This document shows positions 19,463 to 29,977 of a stretch of 64,000 bases of DNA, piece by piece (position 1 is the first letter of the stretch; each line of letters opens with the position of its first letter). The stretch comes from Prevotella sp. (GTDB taxonomy: Bacteria; Bacteroidota; Bacteroidia; Bacteroidales; Bacteroidaceae). Under the pieces are notes generated by a model, which was not told the DNA's origin, did no database searches, and saw only the letters and a program-made list of their open reading frames with translations. Location: NCBI GenBank assembly GCA_017410365.1, contig JAFQQY010000049.1, forward strand, positions 10,443-74,442, written 5' to 3'. Both the position numbers and the translations under genes were made by a program.

Positions 19463-19502
19463 AAGAGTACACAGGCGAAAGTCTTGTGTACTCTTTTTCT
19501 TT
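19463..19502 (+). terminator. Intrinsic terminator after infB
   Basis: aagagtacaca..gaaa..tgtgtactctt plus T tract. Confidence 0.8.
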
Positions 19503-19631
19503 GGCAGTTATATAAATAATGTGTAATAATCTGATTTTTGCTGTAAATATTTGTCTATCGGTCGTTAATTTATTAATTTTGCACTCCGATAGGCTGTGTG
19601 CAGTAGCAGTCTGTCGCGTTAATAGATAAAG

Positions 19632-21086
19632 ATGGAGAATAAGGACAATAAAAACGAGTATGTAAAGAAGGTGGCCGAAAAGAAATATGAGTTCGGCTTC
19701 ACTACCGATGTGCATACCGAGATAATAGATAAAGGACTGAATGAGGAGGTTGTTCGCCTGATATCAGCAAAGAAGGGCGAACCAGAGTGGATGCTCGACT
19801 TCCGCCTTACCGCCTTCCGCCATTGGCTGACGATGAAGCAGCCCGAATGGGGACATCTGCAGATGCCCGACATCGACTATCAGGCAATCTCATATTATGC
19901 CGACCCTATGGCGCAGAATAAGAAGTCGGAGAAAAAGGAGATCGACCCGGAACTAATGAAAACGTTCGATAAACTGGGCATTCCGCTTGAGGAGCGCTTG
20001 GCGCTGAGCGGCGTGGCTGTAGATGCCATCATGGACTCAGTGTCGGTGAAGACCACCTTTACCGCGAAGCTAGCAGAGATGGGAATCATCTTCTGTTCTA
20101 TAGGAGAGGCTATCCAGAAACATCCCGAACTCGTCAGAGAATATCTCGGTTCTGTTGTCCCATACCGTGACAACTTCTTTGCTGCCCTCAACTGTGCCGT
20201 GTTCAGCGACGGCTCGTTTGTTTACATACCGAAAGGTGTCCGTTGCCCGATGGAACTCAGTTCTTATTTCCGTATCAATGCCCGCAATACAGGACAGTTT
20301 GAGCGCACACTCATCATTGCCGACGACGATTCTTACGTTTCATATCTTGAAGGCTGTACAGCACCAATGCGCGACGAGAACCAGTTGCATGCCGCTATCG
20401 TTGAGATTGTGGTTAAGGATAATGCCGAAGTGAAATACTCTACCGTGCAGAACTGGTATCCAGGTGATGAGAACGGCAAGGGTGGTGTGTTGAACCTCGT
20501 TACAAAGCGTGGCGAACTGCGCGGTGTAAACAGCAAACTATCGTGGACGCAGGTAGAGACAGGTAGTGCTATAACATGGAAGTATCCGTCATGCGTGCTC
20601 CGTGGCGACAACTCTGTAGCAGAATTCTATAGCGTAGCCGTAACAAACCACTATCAGCAGGCAGATACGGGAACGAAGATGATACACATGGGCAAGAACA
20701 CTAAGAGTACCATCATATCTAAGGGTATATCGGCTGGCAAGAGTCAGAACTCATACCGCGGTTTGGTGCGCTGCACCCGCAATGCCGACAATGCTCGCAA
20801 CTATAGCTCGTGCGACAGTTTGCTGCTTGGCAGCGAATGCGGTGCGCACACATTCCCATATATGGATATCCATAACGATACCGCCATTGTTGAGCACGAG
20901 GCTACAACCAGCAAGATTAGCGAAGACCAACTGTTCTACTGCAACCAGCGAGGCATACCAATGGAGCAGGCCATCGGACTCATTGTCAACGGCTATGCCA
21001 AGGATGTGCTCAACAAGTTGCCAATGGAATTTGCCGTCGAAGCCCGCAACCTGCTTGCCGTAACTTTGGAAGATACGGTGGGGTGA
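19632..21086 (+). CDS. sufB: Fe-S cluster assembly protein SufB
   Basis: [40 protein letters not shown]. Confidence 0.97.
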   Translation: MENKDNKNEYVKKVAEKKYEFGFTTDVHTEIIDKGLNEEVVRLISAKKGEPEWMLDFRLTAFRHWLTMKQPEWGHLQMPDIDYQAISYYADPMAQNKKSEKKEIDPELMKTFDKLGIPLEERLALSGVAVDAIMDSVSVKTTFTAKLAEMGIIFCSIGEAIQKHPELVREYLGSVVPYRDNFFAALNCAVFSDGSFVYIPKGVRCPMELSSYFRINARNTGQFERTLIIADDDSYVSYLEGCTAPMRDENQLHAAIVEIVVKDNAEVKYSTVQNWYPGDENGKGGVLNLVTKRGELRGVNSKLSWTQVETGSAITWKYPSCVLRGDNSVAEFYSVAVTNHYQQADTGTKMIHMGKNTKSTIISKGISAGKSQNSYRGLVRCTRNADNARNYSSCDSLLLGSECGAHTFPYMDIHNDTAIVEHEATTSKISEDQLFYCNQRGIPMEQAIGLIVNGYAKDVLNKLPMEFAVEARNLLAVTLEDTVG

Positions 21087-21090
21087 TAAT

Positions 21091-21146
21091 GAGTTAGGAG
21101 TTAGGAGTTACGAATTAGGAGTTAGGAGTTAGGAATAACGAATTAA
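21091..21146. repeat. Heptamer tandem repeat, consensus GAGTTAG, about 8 units
   Basis: gagttag gagttag gagttac gaattag gagttag gagttag gaataac gaattaa. Confidence 0.85.
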
Positions 21147-21155
21147 GCATTATAT

Positions 21156-21908
21156 ATGTTAGAAGTTAAAAACCTGCACGCCAACATAGGCGAAAAGGAA
21201 ATATTAAAAGGAATCAATCTTACCATCAAGGCAGGTGAGACACATGCTATTCTCGGCCCAAACGGTTCGGGTAAGTCAACCCTCAGTGCCGTATTGGTAG
21301 GCAATCCGTTGTTCGAGGTTACTGAAGGCACAGCCACTTTCAACGGCAAAGACCTGTTGGCAATGAAGCCGGAGGACCGTTCACACGAAGGACTGTTCCT
21401 TTCGTTCCAGTATCCTGTTGAGATTCCTGGTGTGTCGATGACCAACTTCATGAAGACCGCCATCAACGAGAAACGCAAGTATGAAGGTAAGGAACCGATA
21501 AGCGGCAGCGACTTTATCAAGTTGATGAAGGAGAAGCGCAAGATAGTAGAACTTGATGCCAAACTGGCCAACCGCAGCGTGAACGAAGGTTTTAGCGGCG
21601 GCGAGAAGAAGCGCAACGAGATATTCCAGATGGCGATGCTCGAACCGAAACTGTCAATTCTCGATGAGACCGACTCAGGTCTTGATGTTGATGCCCTGCG
21701 CATCGTTGCCGAAGGCGTAAACAAACTGAAGACACCGGAAACCAGTACCATTGTCATCACCCACTACCAGCGTCTGCTCGACATATTGAAGCCGGATGTA
21801 GTGCACGTATTGTACAAGGGCAGGATAGTAAAGACTGGCGGTCCTGAGTTGGCTAAGGAGATAGAAGAAAAAGGTTTCGACTGGATAAAGGCAGAGATAG
21901 ATGAATAG
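21156..21908 (+). CDS. sufC: Fe-S assembly ATPase SufC
   Basis: GPNGSGKST, NEGFSGGEKKRNE, ILDETDSGLD. Confidence 0.97.
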   Translation: MLEVKNLHANIGEKEILKGINLTIKAGETHAILGPNGSGKSTLSAVLVGNPLFEVTEGTATFNGKDLLAMKPEDRSHEGLFLSFQYPVEIPGVSMTNFMKTAINEKRKYEGKEPISGSDFIKLMKEKRKIVELDAKLANRSVNEGFSGGEKKRNEIFQMAMLEPKLSILDETDSGLDVDALRIVAEGVNKLKTPETSTIVITHYQRLLDILKPDVVHVLYKGRIVKTGGPELAKEIEEKGFDWIKAEIDE

Positions 21909-23244
21909 CAGCAACCAATACATCGACCTCTACGAGCAGGCGCGTGATATGATTTTCCGTCACAGTACCCAGCCGATGAATGCCGTGCGCGATGCGGCTT
22001 TCGAAGACTTCAAACGTCTTGGATTGCCTAATCGTAAGGTTGAGAAATATAAGTATACCGATATAAGCAAGCTCTTTGAACCTGACTATGGAGTGAATCT
22101 CAATCGTCTTGAGATTCCTGTTGACCCATACGAGGCATTCAAGTGCGATGTCCCGAACCTGAGCACGTCGCTCTATTTCGTGGTCAACGATGCTTTCTAT
22201 ACCAAAGCCCTGCCAAAGAGTCATTTGCCAGAGGGTGTTGTTGTGGGTTCTCTGGCGGCAGCAGCTGCGGAAAACCCCGATTTCATCGCAAAATACTATG
22301 CTCAGTTGGCAAAGACCGATGACGATGGAATAAATGCTCTTAACACGATGCTTGCACAAGACGGCCTGTTTGTCTATGTGCCTAAGAATGTCAAGGTAGA
22401 CCGTGCCATACAGATTATCAATATCTTGCGCTCTGACGTTGACATGATGGTAAACCGCCGTGTCCTTATCGTAGTAGAAGAGGGAGCAGAGGTGAAACTG
22501 CTTTTCTGTGACCATTCTGCTGACGACTGCAACTTCCTTGCTACTCAGGTGATTGAGGCATACGTGGGCGATAATGCTGCGCTTGACCTCTATTGTCTAG
22601 AAGAAACCCATGCAAAGAATGTGCGTGTAAGCAATCTTTATATAGACCAAAAGGCAAACAGTCGTGTCAATCATAATGTCATTACGCTGCATAACGGCAT
22701 TACCCGTAACACCACCACATTGACATTCAGTGGCGAAGGGTCAGAATGCATGCTCAACGGTTGTGTTATCGCCGACAAGCACCAGCATGTGGACAATCAT
22801 ACCGTGATAGACCACAAGGTGGCTCATTGCACAAGCAAGGAACTATATAAATATGTGCTCGATGGTGAGGCTACGGGTGCCTTTGCCGGAAGAGTGGTTG
22901 TTCGCAAGGGTGCACAGAAGACAATATCTGAGGAGCGCAACCAGAATCTCTGCATCACTAAGGAGGCACGTATGTACACCCAACCGATGCTTGAGATATA
23001 TGCCGACGACGTGAAATGTGCCCACGGTTCTACCGTTGGCCAGCTCAACGATGCCGCTCTGTTCTATATGCAGCAGCGAGGCATATCGCAGAAAGAAGCG
23101 AAACTGTTGCTTGAGTTTGCATTCATAAACGAAGTGGTTGACACCATTCTGCTGGCACCGCTTCGCGACCGCCTGCATCATCTGGTAGAAAAACGTTTCC
23201 GCGGCGAACTGAGCAAGTGCGTGGGATGTAAGCTTTGCAGGTAA
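21901..23244 (+). CDS. sufD: Fe-S assembly protein SufD
   Basis: EKYKYTD, PMLEIYADDVKCAHGSTVGQL. Confidence 0.95.
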   Translation: MNSSNQYIDLYEQARDMIFRHSTQPMNAVRDAAFEDFKRLGLPNRKVEKYKYTDISKLFEPDYGVNLNRLEIPVDPYEAFKCDVPNLSTSLYFVVNDAFYTKALPKSHLPEGVVVGSLAAAAAENPDFIAKYYAQLAKTDDDGINALNTMLAQDGLFVYVPKNVKVDRAIQIINILRSDVDMMVNRRVLIVVEEGAEVKLLFCDHSADDCNFLATQVIEAYVGDNAALDLYCLEETHAKNVRVSNLYIDQKANSRVNHNVITLHNGITRNTTTLTFSGEGSECMLNGCVIADKHQHVDNHTVIDHKVAHCTSKELYKYVLDGEATGAFAGRVVVRKGAQKTISEERNQNLCITKEARMYTQPMLEIYADDVKCAHGSTVGQLNDAALFYMQQRGISQKEAKLLLEFAFINEVVDTILLAPLRDRLHHLVEKRFRGELSKCVGCKLCR

Positions 23245-23291
23245 CCCCCTCATGGTCTCCCCCTTGGGGGAGGGATTGGATGAGAGATTGG

Positions 23292-23421
23292 AGCCACGAA
23301 TTGCACTAATTATACTAATTAAGGCAATCACTCAGTTAAATAAGAATTCGTTTAATTATTCGCATTCGCTCATCAACACAATGAAATAAATAATTCGATT
23401 AATTCGTGTAATTCGTTGTTT
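23292..23421. repeat. AT-rich inverted-repeat element built from 9-bp units, preceded by a ctcccccttgggggag palindrome (23257-23272)
   Basis: Left arm agccacgaattgcactaattatactaatta, right arm taattcgattaattcgtgtaattcgttgttt. Confidence 0.65.
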
Positions 23422-23462
23422 AAAAAATATTAATTAATTCGCAGTTCAGCTTGTCAACAAGT

Positions 23463-24677
23463 ATGTTCGATATAAATATAATACGCCAAGATTTTCCCAT
23501 TCTATCGAGAAAAGTGTATGACAAACCCCTTGTCTATCTCGATAATGCAGCCACAACGCAGAAGCCACTCTGTGTACTCGATGCCATGCGCGACGAGTAT
23601 CTCAATGTCAATGCCAATGTGCATCGCGGTGTTCACTATCTGTCGCAACAGGCAACCGACCTGCATGAGGCGTCGCGCGAAAAGGTGCGCAGCTTTATCA
23701 ATGCCGGCAGCACGAGTGAGATAATCTTCACCCGAGGCACTACAGAAGCCTTGAATCTGGTTGTTTCGTCGTTCTGCGAAGAGTTTATGCAGGAGGGTGA
23801 TGAGGTGATTGTGTCTGTTATGGAGCACCATAGCAATATCGTTCCGTGGCAGTTGCAAGCAGCCAAGCGAGGCATCTGCATCCGCGTTATACCTGTGAGT
23901 GACAAGGGTGAACTGGATATTGAAGAATTCAAAAAACTGTTTACTGATAAGACAAGGATAGTTAGTGTAGCCCATGTTAGCAATGTTCTTGGAACAGTCA
24001 ATCCCGTAGAAGAAATAATCAGAATATCCCACGACCATGGTGTTCCTGTTATCGTTGACGGTGCTCAGAGCACGCCTCACTTTAAGGTTGACGTCCAGGC
24101 AATGGATTGCGACTTTTTCGCATTTAGCGGACATAAGATGTACGGACCAACTGGTGTCGGTGTTCTCTACGGCAAGGAAGAGTGGCTTGACCGCCTGCCG
24201 CCATATCAAGGAGGAGGCGAGATGATAGAAAGCGTAAGTTTCGAGAAAACCGTTTTCGAGCGTCTACCTTTTAAGTTTGAGGCCGGAACCCCCGACTATG
24301 TAGCTACTCATGGACTTGCCACTGCCATCGATTACATGCTCAATATAGGCATGGACAACATCTCTGCACACGAGCAGATGCTCACGAAATACTGTATGGA
24401 ACAGTTGAAAACCATCGATGGAATGAGGATTTTTGGCGAGGCGGAACATAAAGATGCCGTTGTGTCATTCCTTGTAGGTGACATTCATCATCTTGACATG
24501 GGTACGTTGCTCGACCGCCTCGGCATTGCTGTTCGTACTGGTCATCATTGCGCACAGCCGCTGATGGACCGCCTTGGCATTCAAGGTACGGTGCGTGCAT
24601 CATTCTCTTTCTACAACACAAAAGAAGAGGTAGATGCTCTTGTTGCCGGTGTCCGCCGTGTCAGTCAGATGTTCTGA
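23463..24677 (+). CDS. sufS: Cysteine desulfurase SufS
   Basis: YLDNAATTQKP, EHHSNIVPWQ, FSGHKMYGPTG, RTGHHCAQP. Confidence 0.96.
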   Translation: MFDINIIRQDFPILSRKVYDKPLVYLDNAATTQKPLCVLDAMRDEYLNVNANVHRGVHYLSQQATDLHEASREKVRSFINAGSTSEIIFTRGTTEALNLVVSSFCEEFMQEGDEVIVSVMEHHSNIVPWQLQAAKRGICIRVIPVSDKGELDIEEFKKLFTDKTRIVSVAHVSNVLGTVNPVEEIIRISHDHGVPVIVDGAQSTPHFKVDVQAMDCDFFAFSGHKMYGPTGVGVLYGKEEWLDRLPPYQGGGEMIESVSFEKTVFERLPFKFEAGTPDYVATHGLATAIDYMLNIGMDNISAHEQMLTKYCMEQLKTIDGMRIFGEAEHKDAVVSFLVGDIHHLDMGTLLDRLGIAVRTGHHCAQPLMDRLGIQGTVRASFSFYNTKEEVDALVAGVRRVSQMF

Positions 24678-24960
24678 TGCCGCTATTCTTGCACTTCAGC
24701 AGAGCAGCAACGAGCCAAATCAAACATACAATACGAAATATTGGTGAGCACTCTATTGGGAACACCGTAAACAGAAAAGCAAACTGTGCATTCAGAATAA
24801 GCATGGTTTGCTTGTTGTTTAGTTGGCAGCCAAGCACGTCCGCATAGTAATTCCTTATTATTGTCAGCATACTGATTGCCACGTTCATCATCATTCTGAT
24901 GCCAGATACGGCATTTGTATTCTCCATTGCACTTACTTGCATAGTCATTTCTTTTTTCAT
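24661..24960 (-). CDS. Small hypothetical membrane protein
   Basis: 99-aa ORF with hydrophobic C-terminal half and AT-rich upstream region; overlaps the sufS 3' end by 17 bp. Confidence 0.55.
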   Translation of the reverse strand: MKKEMTMQVSAMENTNAVSGIRMMMNVAISMLTIIRNYYADVLGCQLNNKQTMLILNAQFAFLFTVFPIECSPIFRIVCLIWLVAALLKCKNSGIRTSD

Positions 24961-25142
24961 ATCGGTCAGTTTTAATATTATTATTTAATGTTTACGATGC
25001 AAAGAAACTGACTTTTTGTGCACAAATAGTTCTATTGCAATATTTATTTGTTAAGAAAATTTAAGCCTTAACGTTTGTTTACATATACGTTTGCATGCAA
25101 TTATGTTGTAAGTTGCACGAGGATAATCCATAGTTCGTAATG

Positions 25143-25206
25143 CGTCCGAAACGTTTGGACTCCCAGTCCGAACGGCACGGACTGTCAGTCCGAAGCCTTC
25201 TGACTG
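25143..25206. repeat. Three 22-bp palindromic units, consensus (A)GTCCGAA-N-GACT
   Basis: gtccgaaacgtttggact / cagtccgaacggcacggactg / cagtccgaagccttctgactg. Confidence 0.75.
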
Positions 25207-25563
25207 CTTTTCTGCTATAATTCTTTATGATAAAATTTGCCGTAGTTAATCAAATATATCCTATTTGTACAGGGTCGTTATATACTGCTATTTGATATTT
25301 GTAAATTATTTGAAAACACTTTTTTCTAAGTAGCAATAAAATCTGTTGTTTGCTCGAAAAAGACTCAATGTCAAGATATTTGGCACTGATGGTACGGCTA
25401 AGTATTTAGACGAATATATAAAACAATTGTAGCAAAAGATTAAGCCAATGGTAAAAAAACATAACCGCGATGATAGTGGAGAACGATTTTTTTTTGTATT
25501 TTTGCAGCGCAAAACAAAGATGCGGTAATAAAGATTACTTTTTTAGATAACAAGAATAAGATT

Positions 25564-27012
25564 ATGGGCGGTTTTTTCGGAACTATCTCAAAGAAAAGTT
25601 GTGTCAACGACGTGTTCTATGGCACTGATTATCATTCACATTTAGGTACAAAGCGTGCCGGTATGGTTACATTTGATCCGGAGCACGGATTCTGCAGGAC
25701 CATTCATAGTCTTGAACGCGATTATTTCCGCTCTAAGTTTGAAGACGAACTGGATAAATTCATAGGCTGTCAAGGTATGGGTGTCATCAGCGACACTGAC
25801 CCGCAGCCTATTATTGTTAACTCACATCTCGGTCGCTATGCCGTGGTAACGGTGGCAAAAATCAATAATCAGCGCGAGATAGCTGAAGAACTGCTTGCAG
25901 AGCGCATGCACTTCAGTGAGATGTCTGCCAACAAGATAAATCAGACAGAGTTAGTAGCGCTGCTTATCAACATGGGCGAATCGTTTGTTGATGGTATTAA
26001 TAAGGTATATAACAAGATTGAAGGTTCTTGCTCTATTCTGATACTTACCGAGGACGGACTCATTGCTGCCCGTGACCTGTTGGGCCGCACTCCTATTTCT
26101 ATCGGAAAGAAAGAAGATGCATACGCAGCAGCCGTAGAGACAACGTCGTTCCCAAACCTCGACTACGAGAAAGTTTACGACCTTGGTCCGGGCGAGATAG
26201 TGCGTCTGCATGCAGATGGCTATGAGGTGATGCAGGAACCGTTCAAGTGCGAGCAGATTTGCTCTTTCCTTTGGGTCTATTATGGATTCCCGTCAAGCGA
26301 CTACAACGGCATAAATGTTGAGGCAGTGCGCGAGTATAACGGAAAGCTGATGGGTGAGGAAGACGACATCGAGGCAGACAGCGTGTGCGGTATTCCCGAT
26401 TCAGGTGTCGGCATGGCACTCGGTTATTCAGAGGGACGCAAGATTCCTTATGAGCGTGCCGTTACGAAATACACCCCAACATGGCCGCGAAGCTTTACGC
26501 CAGGCAACCAGAGCCGTCGCAGTCTGGTGGCAAAGATGAAGCTCATACCAAACAAGGCGCTGCTTGAAGGCAAGCGCGTGGTGTTCTGCGACGACTCTAT
26601 TGTACGAGGCACCCAGCTGAAAGACAATGTAAATATGTTCTTCGACTACGGAGCCAAGGAGGTGCATGCCCGCATTTCTTGTCCGCCGTTGGTCTATGGA
26701 TGCCCGTTCGTGGGCTTCACCTCGCAGAAGAGTCCTATGGAACTGATTACCCGTCAGGTGATAAAGGACTTCGAGGGCGACGAGAATGCAAAGCTCGACA
26801 AGTATGCCGAGACCGACTCGCCAGAGTATAAGCGCATGGTAGAGGAGATAGCAAGACGTTTGGGGCTTACCAGCTTGAAGTTCAACAAGATTGAAATGTT
26901 GATAAAGTCCATCGGACTGCCTAAGTGCAGAGTCTGCACACATTGCTTCGACGGCAGCAGTTACACGTGCAGGGAAGCGATAGAGAAAATCAAGAACGGA
27001 GAAATGGTTTAG
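25564..27012 (+). CDS. purF: Amidophosphoribosyltransferase (PurF family, MGGFFG type)
   Basis: AARDLLGRTP, GIPDSG, PRPP loop VFCDDSIVRGTQ, C-terminal CTHCFDG. Confidence 0.92.
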   Translation: MGGFFGTISKKSCVNDVFYGTDYHSHLGTKRAGMVTFDPEHGFCRTIHSLERDYFRSKFEDELDKFIGCQGMGVISDTDPQPIIVNSHLGRYAVVTVAKINNQREIAEELLAERMHFSEMSANKINQTELVALLINMGESFVDGINKVYNKIEGSCSILILTEDGLIAARDLLGRTPISIGKKEDAYAAAVETTSFPNLDYEKVYDLGPGEIVRLHADGYEVMQEPFKCEQICSFLWVYYGFPSSDYNGINVEAVREYNGKLMGEEDDIEADSVCGIPDSGVGMALGYSEGRKIPYERAVTKYTPTWPRSFTPGNQSRRSLVAKMKLIPNKALLEGKRVVFCDDSIVRGTQLKDNVNMFFDYGAKEVHARISCPPLVYGCPFVGFTSQKSPMELITRQVIKDFEGDENAKLDKYAETDSPEYKRMVEEIARRLGLTSLKFNKIEMLIKSIGLPKCRVCTHCFDGSSYTCREAIEKIKNGEMV

Positions 27013-27066
27013 TCGAAGAAACATATTCCGTTTGCGGACACGATAATATTTTTTACAATTAAATAC

Positions 27067-27104
27067 AAAAGACTGACGACATTTTCGGGTGTTTTCAGTC
27101 TTTT
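27067..27104. terminator. Terminator-like hairpin after purF
   Basis: aaaagactga...tcagtctttt. Confidence 0.55.
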
Positions 27105-27163
27105 ATTATATAAGGTATAACTATGCCTTGTTTATTAACGGAAAAACTACAACATAAAGCAAT

Positions 27164-29977
27164 ATGAAAAGACAGATAGCAACAATGTTTCTGGCTGCCG
27201 CCGCTTTCTTGGCTCAGGCACAGACAAATGTAGAAACCCAGCGTCAGTATATCAGCGGAACAGGCTGTGACGATATGGTGGAGTGGGACTTCATGTGTAC
27301 AGGTGGCCGCAACAGTGGCAAGTGGACAAAGATAGGAGTGCCATCGTGCTGGGAACTGCAAGGGTTTGGAACCTATCAGTACGGCATGCGCTTCTATGGC
27401 AAGGCCACTCCCGAGGGCATTGCCGACGAAAAGGGACTCTATAAGACCGAGTTCACGCTGCCTGCAGAGTGGGAAGGCAGAGAGATATATCTGGTGTTCG
27501 AGGGTTCTATGACCGACACCTATGCCACCATCAACGGTCGCAAGGCAGGAGTGGGACTACATCAGGGCGGTTTCAACCGCTTCATGCACAACGTTTCCGA
27601 CCGCGTGTTCTTCGGAAAGAAAAAGAACCGACTAGAGGTAGAGGTGAGCAAGGAGAGTGCTGACCCTCAGGTGAACATGGCTGAGCGCCGTGCTGACTTC
27701 TGGAACTTCGGCGGCATCTTCCGTCCGGTGTTCATCGTGTCAAAACCGGCGCAGAACATCCATCGCGTGGCCATCGATGCCGGCATGGACGGACGATTCA
27801 AGGCCGACTGCTATCTCAACCGTGCCGTACAGGGAGCAAAGGTGAAGGTGGATATTCTCGACAGCAAAGGCAAGAAAGCCGGTAGCAGTGAGTTTGCCGT
27901 GGCATCCGATATTGCAAAGGTTGACTTCTCTGTTAATAGTCCTGCCCTCTGGACAGCCGAGACGCCTAATCTCTATACTGCCGTGTTCACACTGCTCGAT
28001 CAGAGCGGAAAAACATTGCATGTGGAGCGTCAGAAGTTCGGTTTCCGTACAATCGAAATCCGCCAGAACGATGGTGTATATATTAACGGCAGCAAGGTAA
28101 TTTTCAAAGGTGTCAACCGACATAGTTTCCGTCCAGAGACTGGTCGCACGCTGAGCAAGCAGAAGAATATCGAAGACGTGCTGCTCATCAAGAGCATGAA
28201 CATGAACTCGGTGCGCCTTGGCCACTATGCCGCCGACCCAGAGTTTCTTGAGGCATGCGACTCGCTCGGTCTGTATGTAGAGAACGAGTTGCTGGGCTGG
28301 CACAAGGCTGTGCCTACCATCGTTGGTCAGAAGTTGGTAGAGTCGCTTGTTACCCGCGACGTGAATCATCCTTCAGTAATATTCTGGAGTAATGGTAATG
28401 AGGGAGGCTTCAACTACGAGCTTGAGCCATTCTTCTATAAGTTCGACCCGCAGAAGCGCGTGGTGCTCTATCCTTGGGCCAACCGAAACGGCATAGAGAC
28501 AAAGCACTACCGTTCATACGGTGAGACGCAGGAGTATATGCGCCAACCGGAGATATTCATGCCTACGGAGTTTCTGCATGGTCTGTATGACGGCGGACAT
28601 GGTGCCGGACTGGCTGACTATTGGGAGATGATGATGGCGAACCCACGTTGTGCAGGCGGATTCCTTTGGGACCTCGCCGACCAGGGTGTGGTGCGCACCG
28701 ACATGAACAATATCGTTGACTGTATGGGTAATTTCGGTGCCGACGGCATCGTTGGTCCTCACTTCGAGAAGGAAGGCTCATTCTATACCATTAAGGAGAT
28801 TTGGAGTCCGGTGATTTGTCAACTCGTCAACTCGTCAACTTGTCAACTAAACATAAAGAACCGCTACGACTTCCTCAACCTGAACACATGCAAGTTGCGC
28901 TACCGCTATCTCGACACTCCTGCATTGGGCAACAGTGAGGTGAAGACGTTGGGCGAGGGCACTGTGCAGATGCCTGACGTGAAACCATGGCAGGACGGAA
29001 CGATGACAATCCCAGCCAATGATAATGCCAAGGTACTGGAGGTGACAGTTATCGACAAGAACGGCACGGAGGTGATGACATGGAGCTGGCCTATCAAGTG
29101 CATCAGCAAGACAGCCTATGGGGAGAGCATTGCCGATGTGAAGGCAGCCATGACCGAAAGCGACAGCAAGATTGAGGTAAAGGTGGGCAACCATACCTAT
29201 ACATTCTCTAAGGAGAACGGTTATCTGCAGGGTGTGAACGTTGGCGGCAAGCATATATCACTGGAGAACGGACCGCGACTGCTAGCCGTAAGACGCAGCG
29301 ACCGTAGTTTCGACCAGTTCTACAATCACGATGACAAGGAGGCAGAAAAGAAGAAGACACAATACTCGCTCTATGCTGACCAGGGCAAGTTCGATAAGTT
29401 TACCACCGATGGTGCTACACTGACTGCCAACTACAAGCACGGCTCTCTGCAGCAGGTTAAGTGGACATTTGCTCAGGATGGAAGTGTGAAGATGGATTAT
29501 AAGTACAACTTCGGCGGTATCGTCGATGAGATGGGACTGATGTTCGACTATCCAGAAAGCAAGGTGAAGAGCAAGTCATGGGTGGGCAACGGTCCTTACC
29601 GCGTATGGCAGAACCGTCTGCACGGTCCGCAGTTCGGTTACTGGCATAACGACTACAACGACCCGATACCGGGCGAAACTTTCGAATATCCAGAGTTCAA
29701 GGGATTCTTTTCCATCGTAGAGTGGATGCAGATAGAGACAGAAGAAGGCAAGATAGGCATCTCTGGTGTTGGTTGCAAGAACTATATCGGAGTATATCAG
29801 CCACGCGATGGTCGTGACCATTTACTATATGAGTTGCCGGAGAGTGGCATCTCTATCCTGAAGGTGATACCGGCAGTGAGAAACAAGGTGAACACCACCG
29901 ACCTGAACGGTCCGTCGGCATTGCCATACCGTGCTTTCGGCGACCATACAGGAAGTGTAAAACTAACATTCGAGTAA
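27164..29977 (+). CDS. GH2 glycoside hydrolase
   Basis: Signal peptide; GGIFRPV, LWTAETPNLY, KGVNRH, WSNGNEG (acid/base), PTEFLHG (nucleophile). Confidence 0.93.
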   Translation: MKRQIATMFLAAAAFLAQAQTNVETQRQYISGTGCDDMVEWDFMCTGGRNSGKWTKIGVPSCWELQGFGTYQYGMRFYGKATPEGIADEKGLYKTEFTLPAEWEGREIYLVFEGSMTDTYATINGRKAGVGLHQGGFNRFMHNVSDRVFFGKKKNRLEVEVSKESADPQVNMAERRADFWNFGGIFRPVFIVSKPAQNIHRVAIDAGMDGRFKADCYLNRAVQGAKVKVDILDSKGKKAGSSEFAVASDIAKVDFSVNSPALWTAETPNLYTAVFTLLDQSGKTLHVERQKFGFRTIEIRQNDGVYINGSKVIFKGVNRHSFRPETGRTLSKQKNIEDVLLIKSMNMNSVRLGHYAADPEFLEACDSLGLYVENELLGWHKAVPTIVGQKLVESLVTRDVNHPSVIFWSNGNEGGFNYELEPFFYKFDPQKRVVLYPWANRNGIETKHYRSYGETQEYMRQPEIFMPTEFLHGLYDGGHGAGLADYWEMMMANPRCAGGFLWDLADQGVVRTDMNNIVDCMGNFGADGIVGPHFEKEGSFYTIKEIWSPVICQLVNSSTCQLNIKNRYDFLNLNTCKLRYRYLDTPALGNSEVKTLGEGTVQMPDVKPWQDGTMTIPANDNAKVLEVTVIDKNGTEVMTWSWPIKCISKTAYGESIADVKAAMTESDSKIEVKVGNHTYTFSKENGYLQGVNVGGKHISLENGPRLLAVRRSDRSFDQFYNHDDKEAEKKKTQYSLYADQGKFDKFTTDGATLTANYKHGSLQQVKWTFAQDGSVKMDYKYNFGGIVDEMGLMFDYPESKVKSKSWVGNGPYRVWQNRLHGPQFGYWHNDYNDPIPGETFEYPEFKGFFSIVEWMQIETEEGKIGISGVGCKNYIGVYQPRDGRDHLLYELPESGISILKVIPAVRNKVNTTDLNGPSALPYRAFGDHTGSVKLTFE

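Noticed and set aside
19632-24677. suf operon without sufE, sufU or sufA
   Set aside because: These genes are commonly encoded elsewhere in Bacteroidetes.
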